A model generated the notes under the pieces. It was not told the DNA's origin and made no database searches. It saw nothing but the letters and a program-made list of their open reading frames with translations. The translations under genes and the position numbers were made by a program. Source: Azolla caroliniana (lineage: Eukaryota; Plantae; Polypodiophyta). Taken from it: a stretch of DNA of 64,000 nucleotides. Numbering within the stretch: position 1 is the stretch's first letter; each line of letters starts with the position of its first letter. The DNA lies in contig JBHGNT010000006.1 in NCBI GenBank assembly GCA_043228905.1, forward strand, positions 21,700,001 to 21,764,000, given 5' to 3'. Below are positions 24,451 through 35,093 of this stretch, one piece after another.

Positions 24451-27292
24451 ACCAACCGGAAAGAAGAAGTGTGCACGCAGGAAGAAAAGTGCATACTATG
24501 CGGAGTTAATCATCATCATCACGGCGGCAGTGACCGAGATGCGGAGTCGAATGAAGAATTCGATTTCGGTGAACCGGCTGAAGAAACCGAGGATGGAAGC
24601 AAGGCTAACACCCGGACGTGGTCTGATGTGGTGAAGGGCCTTAAACCAAAAGACGAGTCGGAGGATACCAATTCGGATCAACAGATGGATCCGGATGAAC
24701 CGAATCAACTAGAGGCCAAGCAGACACGGATGCAGCGGAAGTTGATGCCATCGCGTAGGAACCGACGGATCGGCAAGCACCAGAGTCATAGCAGTGAAGG
24801 AGCTAAGAGGGGCCTATTGAGCAAACATACCGGCCGAGAAGGTTAAGGCGCGCAGGACTAGAGGGATCGCAGCAAACAGGACCGAACCAGACAAGGAGGT
24901 CGAGCAAGGTGGAGCGACTCCAAGAGAAGTCGGTTGGGAGAACCGATTGCCACAGAGCCTGACTCTAGGATCCAACCTCAAGTTGAGCTTGAGGGGGAGT
25001 GTTGAGCGGCAAGCTCAACTGGAGCCGAATCCGCTGAATAAGCCTGAGCCGGCAAGCGAGACGGATCGGTAAGCCGTGAGCAACCGAGCCGGCAAGCAAT
25101 AGAGCCGGTGAGCTGGGGAGCCGATTAGCCCAATCCAATCGGTAACCAGAAGCCTAGTATTAGTTTAGACTACTAGGCAGTTATAGTCTCGTAGTAAGTG
25201 TTAGATGCTCGTGTCAGCATTGAAGTACGTGGTACTTCGGTCAGTGCCACGAGGACTTGTATAAATAGTGCTACTGAGCACAGTTGTATGAACAAAGTGA
25301 ATATATTGTTTTGAATATAGCTTTTACGTTTTTCTCTCTCTATCTCTCCCGTGTACTCTGTGTATTCTCTACTTTCTCTTTTTTCTAATGCTTCCGCAAG
25401 TAATCGTTACACTCTTCCGTGGCTCTTGTAGCCGCGCATATCTTCCACCCATGTTTGGTATTGATCAGCCAATTCCCCTTTTTGTAGAAGTCCATGGACA
25501 TCAGGTTAATTTCCGATCCATGGTCGATTAACACCACCATCGGTTCCTTGACATTCCCGATACGGACTGGGGTTTCTGTAGTAGCTCTTGCCCAGTGCGG
25601 TTTGGCGTAGTGGCTCTCCACAAGCTCGTCTTCCATGGCTATCTCATCGAGGAGTGTTGCCCTTACCTCAACCAGCTTCTCGGGCTCCGCTTCCGTTGCA
25701 AGACGCTTCCTCTTCACGAGGTCCACGATGTTGTCGTGGAACTCCCTTCTCGCTATGTCGAGCACTTCCCTAAGCGTGAGTTCTATGCGACTGTCGAGAA
25801 CTCGCTCCTCTAGAACCTTTTGTAGGTTCGTTGTTTTCTCTATCTCCGAGCTTAAGCGAAAGCTTGGAATCCTGCCCTTCTCCTTCTCTTGGGATCCGGT
25901 CGGAGCGGCATCGTGCTTTTTGGTTGCGCTTCGTGAGTCATGCCTCCCCGATGGGCCTGCTCCTGCGGTTTTTCCTACTCGTCATTCGTCGATCAGGGCT
26001 TCGTAGTTCCTGCACGCGGCCTCCACAAAGCCGGTGCTTTCTTCAACAGGGTCGCCCCACTCGGTAACTTTGCGAACAGGTTCTTCTACGTGCTCCGCTT
26101 CCTCCTTCTGCAACCTTCCTCCGGACAAGGTCTCAAGAACGACCAGCCAGAACCCAGATTTGGAATCGGGTTTGGTCGTCCTCTCCCCTACGCGTATGCC
26201 AGCTGAAGCTGAATAGTGGACGACTTTGACGTGCCGGGCCGTGGCTTCTTCCATTAGCCTCTTCATGCCACCTCGTCCGAAATTCGTGTCGAGCAATCTT
26301 CACGTGTCGCTCGCATGTATCCTGCCGTTTGAAAGGTAGACTACATTACTCCTGAGCGCTTCTCCGAAGTCAGCGCATTCTCTCCGGGCATGTCTGGTGG
26401 CGTCGCACCATTCGCACCTCTGAGTGGCTGGTGGTCGTCGGTCGTGCAGCTGACCTTCGTCGCTTCGTCGAGCCAGGGCGATTTGGAGGTCGCGCACCAT
26501 CCTTGTCAATTCTTCTAGTCCGAGACCATCTGCAGGTCCCGCGACTATGTTCGTCGGGGGTGGTCCTAGCTCGAGCCACCTCCTCGTTTCTTCGATTCGG
26601 TTCGGCATTGGTTCGGCCTTGATTTTGATAGCCGGTCCGACCAACGAGGACCCCTTTTCTTTCCAGTCCCGGCGTTTGTCAATCCTGTTGCATACTTCCT
26701 TGACGGTCGCCCAGTCAGTCGTGAGGCCTTGGTTGGTTTCCAGAAGAAGACCCACGCTTTCCCGGACGCGTGAGTCGAACGAAGTGACAAAAAATAGAAC
26801 CTTGCTCGTTTCGAGCACATTTCGGTCCAACCTAGAGAGTCGTGCGAACCGTGACTCGAACTGGTGGAGGAGCGCAGAAGCGTCCTGACCCTTGTCGAGG
26901 CTGTTGACCCAATCCATAAAATCCTTTCTTGATAGCCGGAGCAAATCATCGTAGTTGTACCTCTCAAGAACTTCCTCTACGAACTCCACCCAATCGTGAC
27001 AGCCCGCTTGTATCTCGACCATCTCTGTATGGATGTGTGGTGTTACGACCCAGGGAAACCCCGCTAGCCGTCTATCTTCGGGTATGTTCCTCATCTGCAC
27101 TTCGGATTTGTAAGCCTCTAAGTAGCTCGTGGCGTCCTTTCCGCCGAACCGGCCTATCTTGCCGACTGTTTCCTCTCTGGCCCGGTTGACGGCACTCGCA
27201 CCCTCACGAGCACTAACCAAGCGGTCTACCGCCACCGCCATCGCTTCTGCAAGTTCGCTTCCTCTCATCTCCAGATTCCTTTGCCGCCCTTT

Positions 27293-27310
27293 TTCACGTC
27301 GGGTTCACCA
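27293..27310 (-). promoter_or_regulatory. Primer-binding site complementary to the 3' end of tRNA-Trp
   Basis: The + strand reads TTCACGTCGGGTTCACCA, which I recognise as the 3' 18 nt (with CCA) of plant cytosolic tRNA-Trp(CCA). It lies 4 nt inside the 5' LTR boundary of C. Confidence 0.85.
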
Positions 27311-27314
27311 AAGA

Positions 27315-28022
27315 TGTCAAGGTTCTCCTCGCGGATGCGTGGAGTCGGGCAGGACCACGGGGGTCTCGAGCCAAGGAATCAGGAAAGCGAGGAGGGAGGA
27401 GTTTGGGGATCATGTATGTCTTGAGACCACAGGAGCACGGGTAAGTTTAGCAAACGGGAGAGAGTAAAAGAGTCACGCGTAGACATAGACACGGACAAAG
27501 ATATTGAGAACAAAGTATGTTAGGTAGAACAAGTTCTATTAAAACACAGGTGCACGGTGTTGTGAGTGGTTACAGCCGGAGCGCGAAGCTTGGCAAATAA
27601 CCAAGTACAAAGAGACGTCAGTGCGCAGAAGGTTGATCCCCCGGTCCGGAGCACTCGGGCATCTGATGCGAGCAGGGGAAGCGCCTTCTTCCGTGATCAG
27701 TCCTCGGTCTTTCTCTGTGTAGCTTTTCCTCTTGATCCCCTTCTCCTAAAGACAATCAAAGGTCGCCCCTTTTATAGCACAAGGAGCGACCGTTACAAGC
27801 ATTCATGACCCTTCACTTTTTCGTCCTAGGTTCGCTCCTCGTAACTCTCCCTACTTATGCGATGTCTATATCTTCTTTAATGCTCTAACTACCTAGTACC
27901 CCCTTCCTATACTCATGCCTAGTACTTATCCTACTTAATTCCCTCGAGGCATACATTCACGTATACCAGTGTTCCTGCGCGTTTCACGTTATTTCCTCTT
28001 ATGGCCCGGAATCTTCACGACA
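27315..28022 (-). repeat. 5' LTR of element C
   Basis: Direct repeat of 8502-9226, about 17 bp shorter. Confidence 0.92.
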
Positions 28023-29194
28023 ACGCAGTCAAGTGGATACTCCGGTATCTGAAAGGCACTACGAGTATGTGTCTCCGGTTCGGCTCCGGTAATCCCCAAC
28101 TTGACGGATTCACGGATTCGGATATGTCGGCTGATGCGGATACCAGCCCATCTACATCCGAATATGTCATGACCTATGCAAGGGGAGTTGTTTCCTGGCA
28201 GTCGAGGTTGCAAAAGACGCTTGTGCATTGTCAACCACGGAGGCAGAGTACATGGCAGCTGTAGAATCCGGCAAGGAGATAATCTAGATGAAGGACTTCA
28301 TCAAAGAGCTAGGGATCCAATAGGAGGAATACCAGCTCTACTGCAACAGTCAAAGTGTCATCCACCTTGCAAAGAACGCGGCCTACCATTCCCAGACGAA
28401 ACATATCTAGCAGAGGTACCACTGGATCCAGGAGATTGTAGAAGATCAAGATCCAGCCCGTCTACATCCAAATATGTCATGACCTATGCAAGGGGAGTTG
28501 TTTCCTGGCAGTCAAGGTTGCAGAAGACAATTGCATTGTCAACCACGGAGGCAGAGTACATGGCAGCTGTAGAAGCCGACAAGGAGATAATCTAGATGAA
28601 GGACTTCATCGGAGAGCCAGGGATCCAACAGGAGGAATACCGGCTCTACTGCAACAGTCAAAGTGCCATCCACCTTGCAAAGAATGCGGCCTACCATTCC
28701 CAGACGAAACATATCTAGCGGAGGTACCACTGGGTCCAGGAGATAGTAGAAGATCAAGATCCAGCCCGTCTACATCCAAATATGTCATGACCTATGCAAG
28801 GGGAGTTGTTTCCTGGCAGTCGAGGTTGCAGAAGACGATTGCATTGTCAACCACGGAGGCAAAGTACATGGCAGCTGTAGAAGCCGGCAAGTAGATAATC
28901 TAGATGAAGGACTTCATCGGGGAGCTAGGGATCCAACATGAGGAATATCGGCTCTACTGCAACAGTCAAAGTGTCGTCCACCTTGCAAAGAACGCAGCCT
29001 ACCATTCCCAGACGAAACATATCTAGCGGAGGTACCACTAGATCCAGGAGATAGTAGAAGATCAAGATTTCGTGTTGACGAAGATCCACACGGAGGAGAA
29101 CGGATCGGATATGTTGACCAAGGTGTTGACAACTAACAAGCTGGACACGTGCCAAAAGCGGATCGGGCTGACGAGACATCCCATGCCAAAGTGA
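28023..29194 (+). pseudogene. RNase H of element B with a triplicated ~308-bp segment
   Basis: AVKWILRYLKG...DGFTDSD. Repeat units start at 28143, 28453 and 28761 and end at 29068. Confidence 0.9.
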
Positions 29195-29204
29195 AGGGGG
29201 AGAT

Positions 29205-29739
29205 TGTTGGGAAATCAGTCTCTCCGGATGGGATCCAGTGATGAATAAAGAGGATCCGGTGAGAACCAGAAGAGATCCGGAAACCGGAGGAGACCCGGTG
29301 AGAACCGGAAGAGAAGACATATGTAAATATGTTTTTGAGTAAGCCTATTGAGGCTATATTTGTAAATAGCCCTAAGTTCATATAAGTATAAACATGACTT
29401 AGGGCAATCACTTTTTGTGTGTGTTGTTATTATTGTTGTAACTATTGTATAGAGAGAGCGATAGAAAGAGAGGGAGAGAGACACAAAGTGATACTCTGTT
29501 GTAACCGCCGCCTGGCGAAGAAACCGAGTTCAAGGTCGTTGCCTACGAGTCTCTGTTTGTACCCCTTCTCTTCATAGTAATAGTTTGGAGTCTGTGGGCT
29601 CCCGTGGTTTTTCCCATTTAGGGTTTTCCACATAAACATCTTGTGTTCACTCTTTAGTTCCCATTTCTTTGTTCTCCATTCTCATAGAAGTGTTCAAGTC
29701 TCGGTTGTGGCAGAACAATATTCGGCGCGATTCTCTACA
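29205..29739 (+). repeat. 3' LTR of element B
   Basis: Follows the PPT and matches the split 5' LTR. Confidence 0.92.
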
Positions 29740-30752
29740 TGAAGTTACCACAGTATCCACATTAAGCGATATTGTTTTGTCGGATGGGTCCGGCTTGATT
29801 GCTCCCCCTTCTTTCGAACGCTCCGCCTCATGCGTTCAAGACATCTTGTTAGTAATAGAAGTTGTGTTCTCGGAGTTGCTCTTGGTTGTGTCGGCCTTGG
29901 CCAAATCGGCCTCTTCTTCCCCTACCTTGTCCTCTTCCTCCATCAAAGTTCGAATAGAACATCTATCCTTCTTGCGCATTGCTTCTTGTTCGAACATGAT
30001 TCTCCTCAACCAGCAACATCGATTGGAGATCTAAGAAGGAGGGAGGATTCTCCCCTGCGAGGATAGCCAACTGAATGGCCCCGAACCGAGGTGTTAAGCC
30101 TCCGAGGCAAATCTACACCATTTCATTGTTGTCAATGCTAACATTGATCAACCCGAGGGCGTCGCACAACTCCTTGATCTTCAAGGTGTAGCTGCCGATT
30201 GACATGTCCCTCTATTGTATGACGTTCAACTCTTGACGGACTTGAAGCTTTCTTGTGGTCATGTTGGCCACGAAATTCTTCTTGAGGTTCCCCCATGCCT
30301 CCTTCTGCGTTTTGGCCTCTCGGATGTAGTTGAGCATGTGATCATGGACGCATGATGCAAGGCAGTACAACACACAACTCGTTGCTTGCTCCCAAGTTGG
30401 GTAGTCAACATGTGTTGGGTTGGGTTGATTCTCATTTGCCCCTTCGACATAACTCAAATAGCCTTGGCCGACAAGGTATTGGTGCATCTTGTACTCCCAT
30501 GATGCAAAGTTGTTTCTGTCTAGCTTTTCAACAGGAAGAGTGCTTCCCATCTGTGTGTTTATGTTGAGCTTCTTCTTCTTCTTCTTCTTCTTCTTCTTGA
30601 TGCGAGCTATGTGGATGGCTGCTACAATGATCAATCGGTTCTTGTCGAATGCGGAATCGGGCACAACACACGTAGAGGCAATGGGCTTCGATCAAGCAAC
30701 CATGCACTCTGATACCATGTAAAGAATCAGATGGATTCTGTGCAGCGGAAGA

Positions 30753-30831
<79 letters not shown>

Positions 30832-31111
30832 CACAATTACAGAAAATCAGAAAACTATATTACAGAGAAAGCAAGAACAACCAACTACAACAAGAGGGAG
30901 AAGGTGCTTATGTAGTCACATTCTCTCTAAGTTCTCTCACTAGTACAACCTCTTGGGAAAGAGGTTGTGTATTAACTACCTAAGGAATATGTGTCATAGG
31001 ACATTAACTTCTATGACACACTAGTTACTATATAAGGAGGTGGGGTGTTGACACACTTGAGTATCCTAGAGTGTGTTCCCACTCACGGGAAATTGAGTTT
31101 TATTCTCAACA
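29740..31111 (-). mobile_element. Copia element Z, 5' part: 5' LTR (30718-31111), PBS and decayed gag
   Basis: LTR TGTTGAGAAT...TTCTTTACA on the - strand, related to the H LTR. PBS TGGTATCAGAGT at 30706-30717. gag EKLDRNNFASWEYKM. The LTR contains a (TG)n(AG)n tract at about 30755-30829. Confidence 0.88.
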
Positions 31112-31129
31112 TCTCAATATAAAGCAAGA

Positions 31130-31360
31130 ATGCCTATTGATCATATCCAACCTTATCTCATTACCAATATGAGTAGTAATGCACGTAGAGCCCTTACACT
31201 ACTTCGCACTCGATCTCACAAGTTAGGTATTGAAGTTGCATCATGGTATCAAAATGTAACGGACTTGAAGACATGCAAAGTATGCAATGAAGGCATGGTA
31301 GAGGATGAATGTCACTTGCTCTTCACATGCTCGACATATAGTGCAATTCATTCAAGATAT
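31130..31360 (+). mobile_element. Non-LTR retrotransposon (LINE) ORF2 C-terminal remnant
   Basis: LRTRSHKLGIEVASW...CKVC...VEDECHLLFTCSTYSAI matches the C-terminal CCHC zinc-finger region of LINE ORF2 proteins (HxLxIE, CxxC, VEDExHxLFxC). Confidence 0.7.
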
Positions 31361-34300
31361 GTTGTCCACCATCGCGTACATGACACTTCCTACAGCCCAT
31401 GTGTAGGGTATCTTTCCATTTAGCTCTCTCTCCTTATCCGTCGAAGGAGAGTCTATGTCCGATAGTCGGATCGACGTCGGGAGCGGTGTTGGTGCTAGCT
31501 TCGTGTTCTCCATGTTGAAGCACTTCAGCACCTTGCGAATATAGTCGGATTGGGAGAGTGAGAGAGTTTTTGATGTCTGATTTTTCTCTATCCTCATGCC
31601 TAGTATGTGTCGGGCTTGTCCGAGTTCCTTCATAATTGCAAACTTTTTGTGAAGACTTCATTTTAGCTTTCCGATTTCGACTTCAACATGTCGTTGACAT
31701 ATAGGATCAGATAGATCCGAGACTCGTCAGCCAGTTTCCGAGTATACATACATGGGTCGGAGTCAGATCGGTGGTATCCAAGCTGCTTGATGTAGGAGTC
31801 AAACTTTTGGTACCACATCCTCGGCTTTTGTTTTAAGCCATAAAGGCTTTTCTTCAATCGACATACGAGGTGAATTTCATCCCCGTCACCGAGAAGACTA
31901 TTGGTTGGCACATGTAAATGTCCTCTTCCAAGTCTCCATGTAGGAAAGTCATCTTGACGTCCAGTTGCTCAAGCTCTAGGTCTTCTATCACCACGACCCC
32001 AAGTAGGAGCCGAATGGTGGTCATCTTGACTACTGGTGAGAATATCTCATCGTAGTCGGCCCCATGTTCCTATTTGAACCCCTTCGTGACGAGCCCGAGC
32101 TTTGTATTTGGGCTTCTCTGAATCATATACATATTTGTATCGGAATACCCATTTGCAAGGTGGCGGCTTGCTTCCAGCTAGTAGTTCGATCAGCTCCCCA
32201 GTATGGTTCTGATGGATCGAGTCCATCTCGAATCTCAAGGCTTGTAGCCATGTATCAGCGTCCGGTGCAGCTATGGCTTCTTCATATGTGTTTGGCTTGC
32301 CTGCATCAGTGTAGTTGACGTAGTCTAGGCCCGGTTGATAGAACTTTATCGGCCTTTGAACTCGTCTGGGATCTCCTGGTTGCCGAAATGATCGATTCGG
32401 ATACTTTGATCGGCTCTATCGGTCGATCGGCGTTTGTTGAACCACTTATCTCAGGAGTCATGTTGTATGACTTGTCCTTGTAATAGGAGTTCGGCGATGT
32501 CATGTCATCCTCCCCTACTTTGGGATCGATTGACTTGAAGATATGAGTCTTAGCCGACTCATGTCGGCTTTTCCCCTTAGCCTTTTTAGGTGTGTCGGCC
32601 GAATCGGCACTACCTTTGTCGACATGACCCTTCTTGGCATTGCCTGTCTCAACTCTTGTCGATTCAACTTTGCCTTGGTTGGCTAGTGTTGATCTTGTCA
32701 ATCTCTTATTCAAGTCCATTTTGACTAGTGGACCTCTTGCCAATTCGGAGTCCATAGGTGTATTGTCAGCTTAGTCGAGTTCAATTGTTTGTCAAATCGC
32801 CGATTCGGTCTTTCTACGACGTCTCAATCGATTTCGAAACAAACCTTTTTGCCCACTATTGTCTATTGGTTCCGTTCAAAAATAATAGAGTCTTCATTGA
32901 AAACTACATCACTGCTCTGGATCAACTTCCGGTCCTCTGGGTCCCATAGCCTGTAGTTGAATTCCCCATCGGTTCCATAATCGAGAAATATGCACTTTGT
33001 TGCATGGGGTGCCAACCTGGTCCTGTCCTCCCTAGGGATAAATGCTTAGGCTTCGCATCTGAATATACAAAGTTTGTCATAGGTCAGTTGTTTGCCTGAC
33101 CATAGTGCCCATGGCACTTCAGCCTAATTGCTTTCGATGGTGATAGATTTATCAGGTAAATTTCCGTCTACAATGCTTCGGCTTAGAACTCCAACTTTAG
33201 TCCAGCTTGCTGGAGCATTGTCGTCACCCTCTCTTAGATCATTCAGTTGATCCGTTCTACCACTCCATTCTGCATGGGTGTGTATGGAACGGTCTTTTGA
33301 TGTCTGATCCCTTTCTCGGGCATGTAATGTTTCAAGGCCTTGAGTGCTTCGTCTTTCGACCTAATCGAATAGGCCCAGACCTTCCATGTACAATCATCTA
33401 CAAATGTGATGAAGTATCAGGATCCACCTAGTGATCGCTCAAGCATGGGCCCACATATATCTATGTGCACGAGCTCTAGGGGTTGTCGTACCACCTCGTA
33501 GTGGAGAGAGTGCAGAATTTGGGTATGTTTCCCATATTGACAATGCTCGCAGAAGTCCGTCTTCGCTTAGATTTTCAGGATGTAGCCGACTGCCATTAGC
33601 TGATCAAGTCTGGCTTGAGTCATATGGCCAAGTCAACCATGGCATAAGTTCGGGTTGATATTTTTGGCTACGTTCGCGACCCCTTCTGGATTGATCGCCA
33701 TCATTGGATACAAGTTGTTGTACTTGTGTCCACTTCTTATTTTCAGGTTTCCACGACTGATCATCCATGTTGACTCGCTTAGAGTCGTTCTGTACCCGTC
33801 TTCGGCTAACATGTTGATGGAAACCAGACTCCTTTTTAGTGTGGGGACGTGCCGGACTTGGTGCAGGACTATTGTGTTGTCATTCGACAGTTGAATTGGT
33901 ACTTCGCCGGTTCCGGCAATCTTGCATTCCTGCTCGTTGCCTAGTCAGATTGTGTCGTTGGTGCCAGCCAAATAGTTTGAAAACCATTCGATGTTTGGGG
34001 TTACATGAAATGTGATGCCGGAGTCCAGTAACCACATGTGTGCATCTTGCGCACTATAGAGGACTTCTCCGATCATTGAGTCCTCTACGGAGAGGATTTC
34101 TCTCAATTGGGTGTCGGCAACGTTGACTTGGTTGCCGATTGGAGAGTGGTTCAAGTCAGATCTTCTTCGATTCTGCTTGAATCACTGACCACTCTCTTTC
34201 CTCTTGATCGACTAGCAGTCAGAAACGTTGTGACCGGCTTTTCTACACTGGGTGCAGAAATCACCTAGTCGATTGGTTCTCGACTTTGACCGTTGTCAAT

Positions 34301-35093
34301 CTCCCCTCTTTTTCGACCGATTGATATTCCGACCGGTTTTTTCGACTTGTTCTCTCGATCGACTCAATCAAGTGGTGGGCTTCTACCGACTCGTCGGTGG
34401 TGAGTCCCATCAATTTTCACCTAATATCCTCAGTGAGCACTTGTCTGATTGCCTCGTCCAAATTGAGATTTGGACAATTGTTGGCGAATGTCGTGTAGAA
34501 AACCACCCAACTCGTCGGCAAGCTCGATAGGAGGGCAAGGGCTTTCACTTCTTCTTAGAAGTTGATCCCTTGGGAGGAGAGTTCAGACAACACCCGACTG
34601 AAGGTGTTGATGTGGGAGATTGTTGGATTGGTCTCTCTCATCTTCATGTTCAATAGTTTTTGGATTAGGATCAGTTTTGAAGATGAGGAACTTCTTTTCA
34701 TACACAGCCTGTAACTTCTCCCACAAAGAGAATGTTGTCGTCTCCTTGGTCATGCTGAAGTAGACGTTTTTAGCCAGATGCATACGAATGGTCAATTTGG
34801 CTATTTCGTCCAGTGAATGCCATTCTTCTGTTGTCATCGAGGCCGGCTTGTTGGTGTACCGTATTGCCTCGATTTGACATTGGATGATCAGCACATCCTG
34901 CATCATCTCCTTCCATAGGGCAAAGTTTTTGCCATTGAACTTTCGGATCTCAACTCTTGTACTACATGTTGATGCCATGTTCTGTAGGAAGTAAGATTTA
35001 ATTGACCTGGTTTTTTCTTTCAGCCATTTAGCTTCTCCTCTTAGCTTTTCGGCTATTCATCGTTGCTGAATAGCAAGTCGATCTGATACTAGT
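31361..35093 (-). mobile_element. Heavily decayed Tork/Tnt1-like Copia element G, 3'-truncated within RT
   Basis: gag RVEIRKFNGKNFALWK (34583-34978), protease [18 protein letters not shown]...LYVNDML and MKELGQARHILGM. Degenerate PBS at about 35081-35091. Its LTR starts at about 35094 and its far end is uncertain. Confidence 0.8.

Larger units (their letters stand above)
14551..25411 (+). mobile_element. Ty1/Copia element E (zinc knuckle and protease deleted), host of element F
   Basis: LTRs at 14551-14963 and 25000-25411. Perfect TSD CTCTT (14546-14550 and 25412-25416). PBS TGGTATCAGAGC at 14964-14975, PPT at about 24990-24999. Decayed gag, integrase, RT and RH. Confidence 0.95.
14273..27268 (-). 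pseudogene. gag-protease frame of element C (25412-27268 and 14273-14550, split by element E)
   Basis: One frame with two TGA stops. CCHC knuckle CEWCDATRHARREC, protease VLIDHGSEINLM and ILGEPY. Joins ATRATEE|LHGACP across E. Confidence 0.88.
8502..28022 (-). mobile_element. Ty3/Gypsy LTR retrotransposon C, integrase missing, tRNA-Trp primed
   Basis: LTRs at 8502-9226 and 27315-28022 (TGTCGTGAAG...GACA on the - strand). PBS at 27293-27310, PPT at 9227-9238. Order gag-PR-RT-RH. Apparent 4-bp TSD ATGT/ACGC with two C>T differences. Confidence 0.92.
117..29739 (+). mobile_element. Ty1/Copia LTR retrotransposon B (Tnt1/Tork-TAR-like), decayed, host of several nested insertions
   Basis: LTRs TGTTGGGAAATC...TTCTCTACA at 117-4541 (split by A) and 29205-29739. 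PBS TGGTATCAAAG at 4545-4555, PPT GTGAAGGGGGAGAT at 29191-29204. Domain order gag-PR-INT-RT-RH. Degenerate 5-bp TSD CGAAT/TGAAG. Confidence 0.9.

Noticed and set aside
27293-27310. tRNA-Trp gene
   Set aside because: Only the 3' 18 nt including CCA match, directly beside an LTR. This is a primer-binding site, not a cloverleaf.
30569-30598. Poly-lysine N-terminal extension of Z gag
   Set aside because: An (AAG)n microsatellite upstream of the likely gag start, not evidence of a protein domain.
32306-32755. 149-aa ORF as an extra gene in element G
   Set aside because: It lies in the normally variable linker between integrase and RT.
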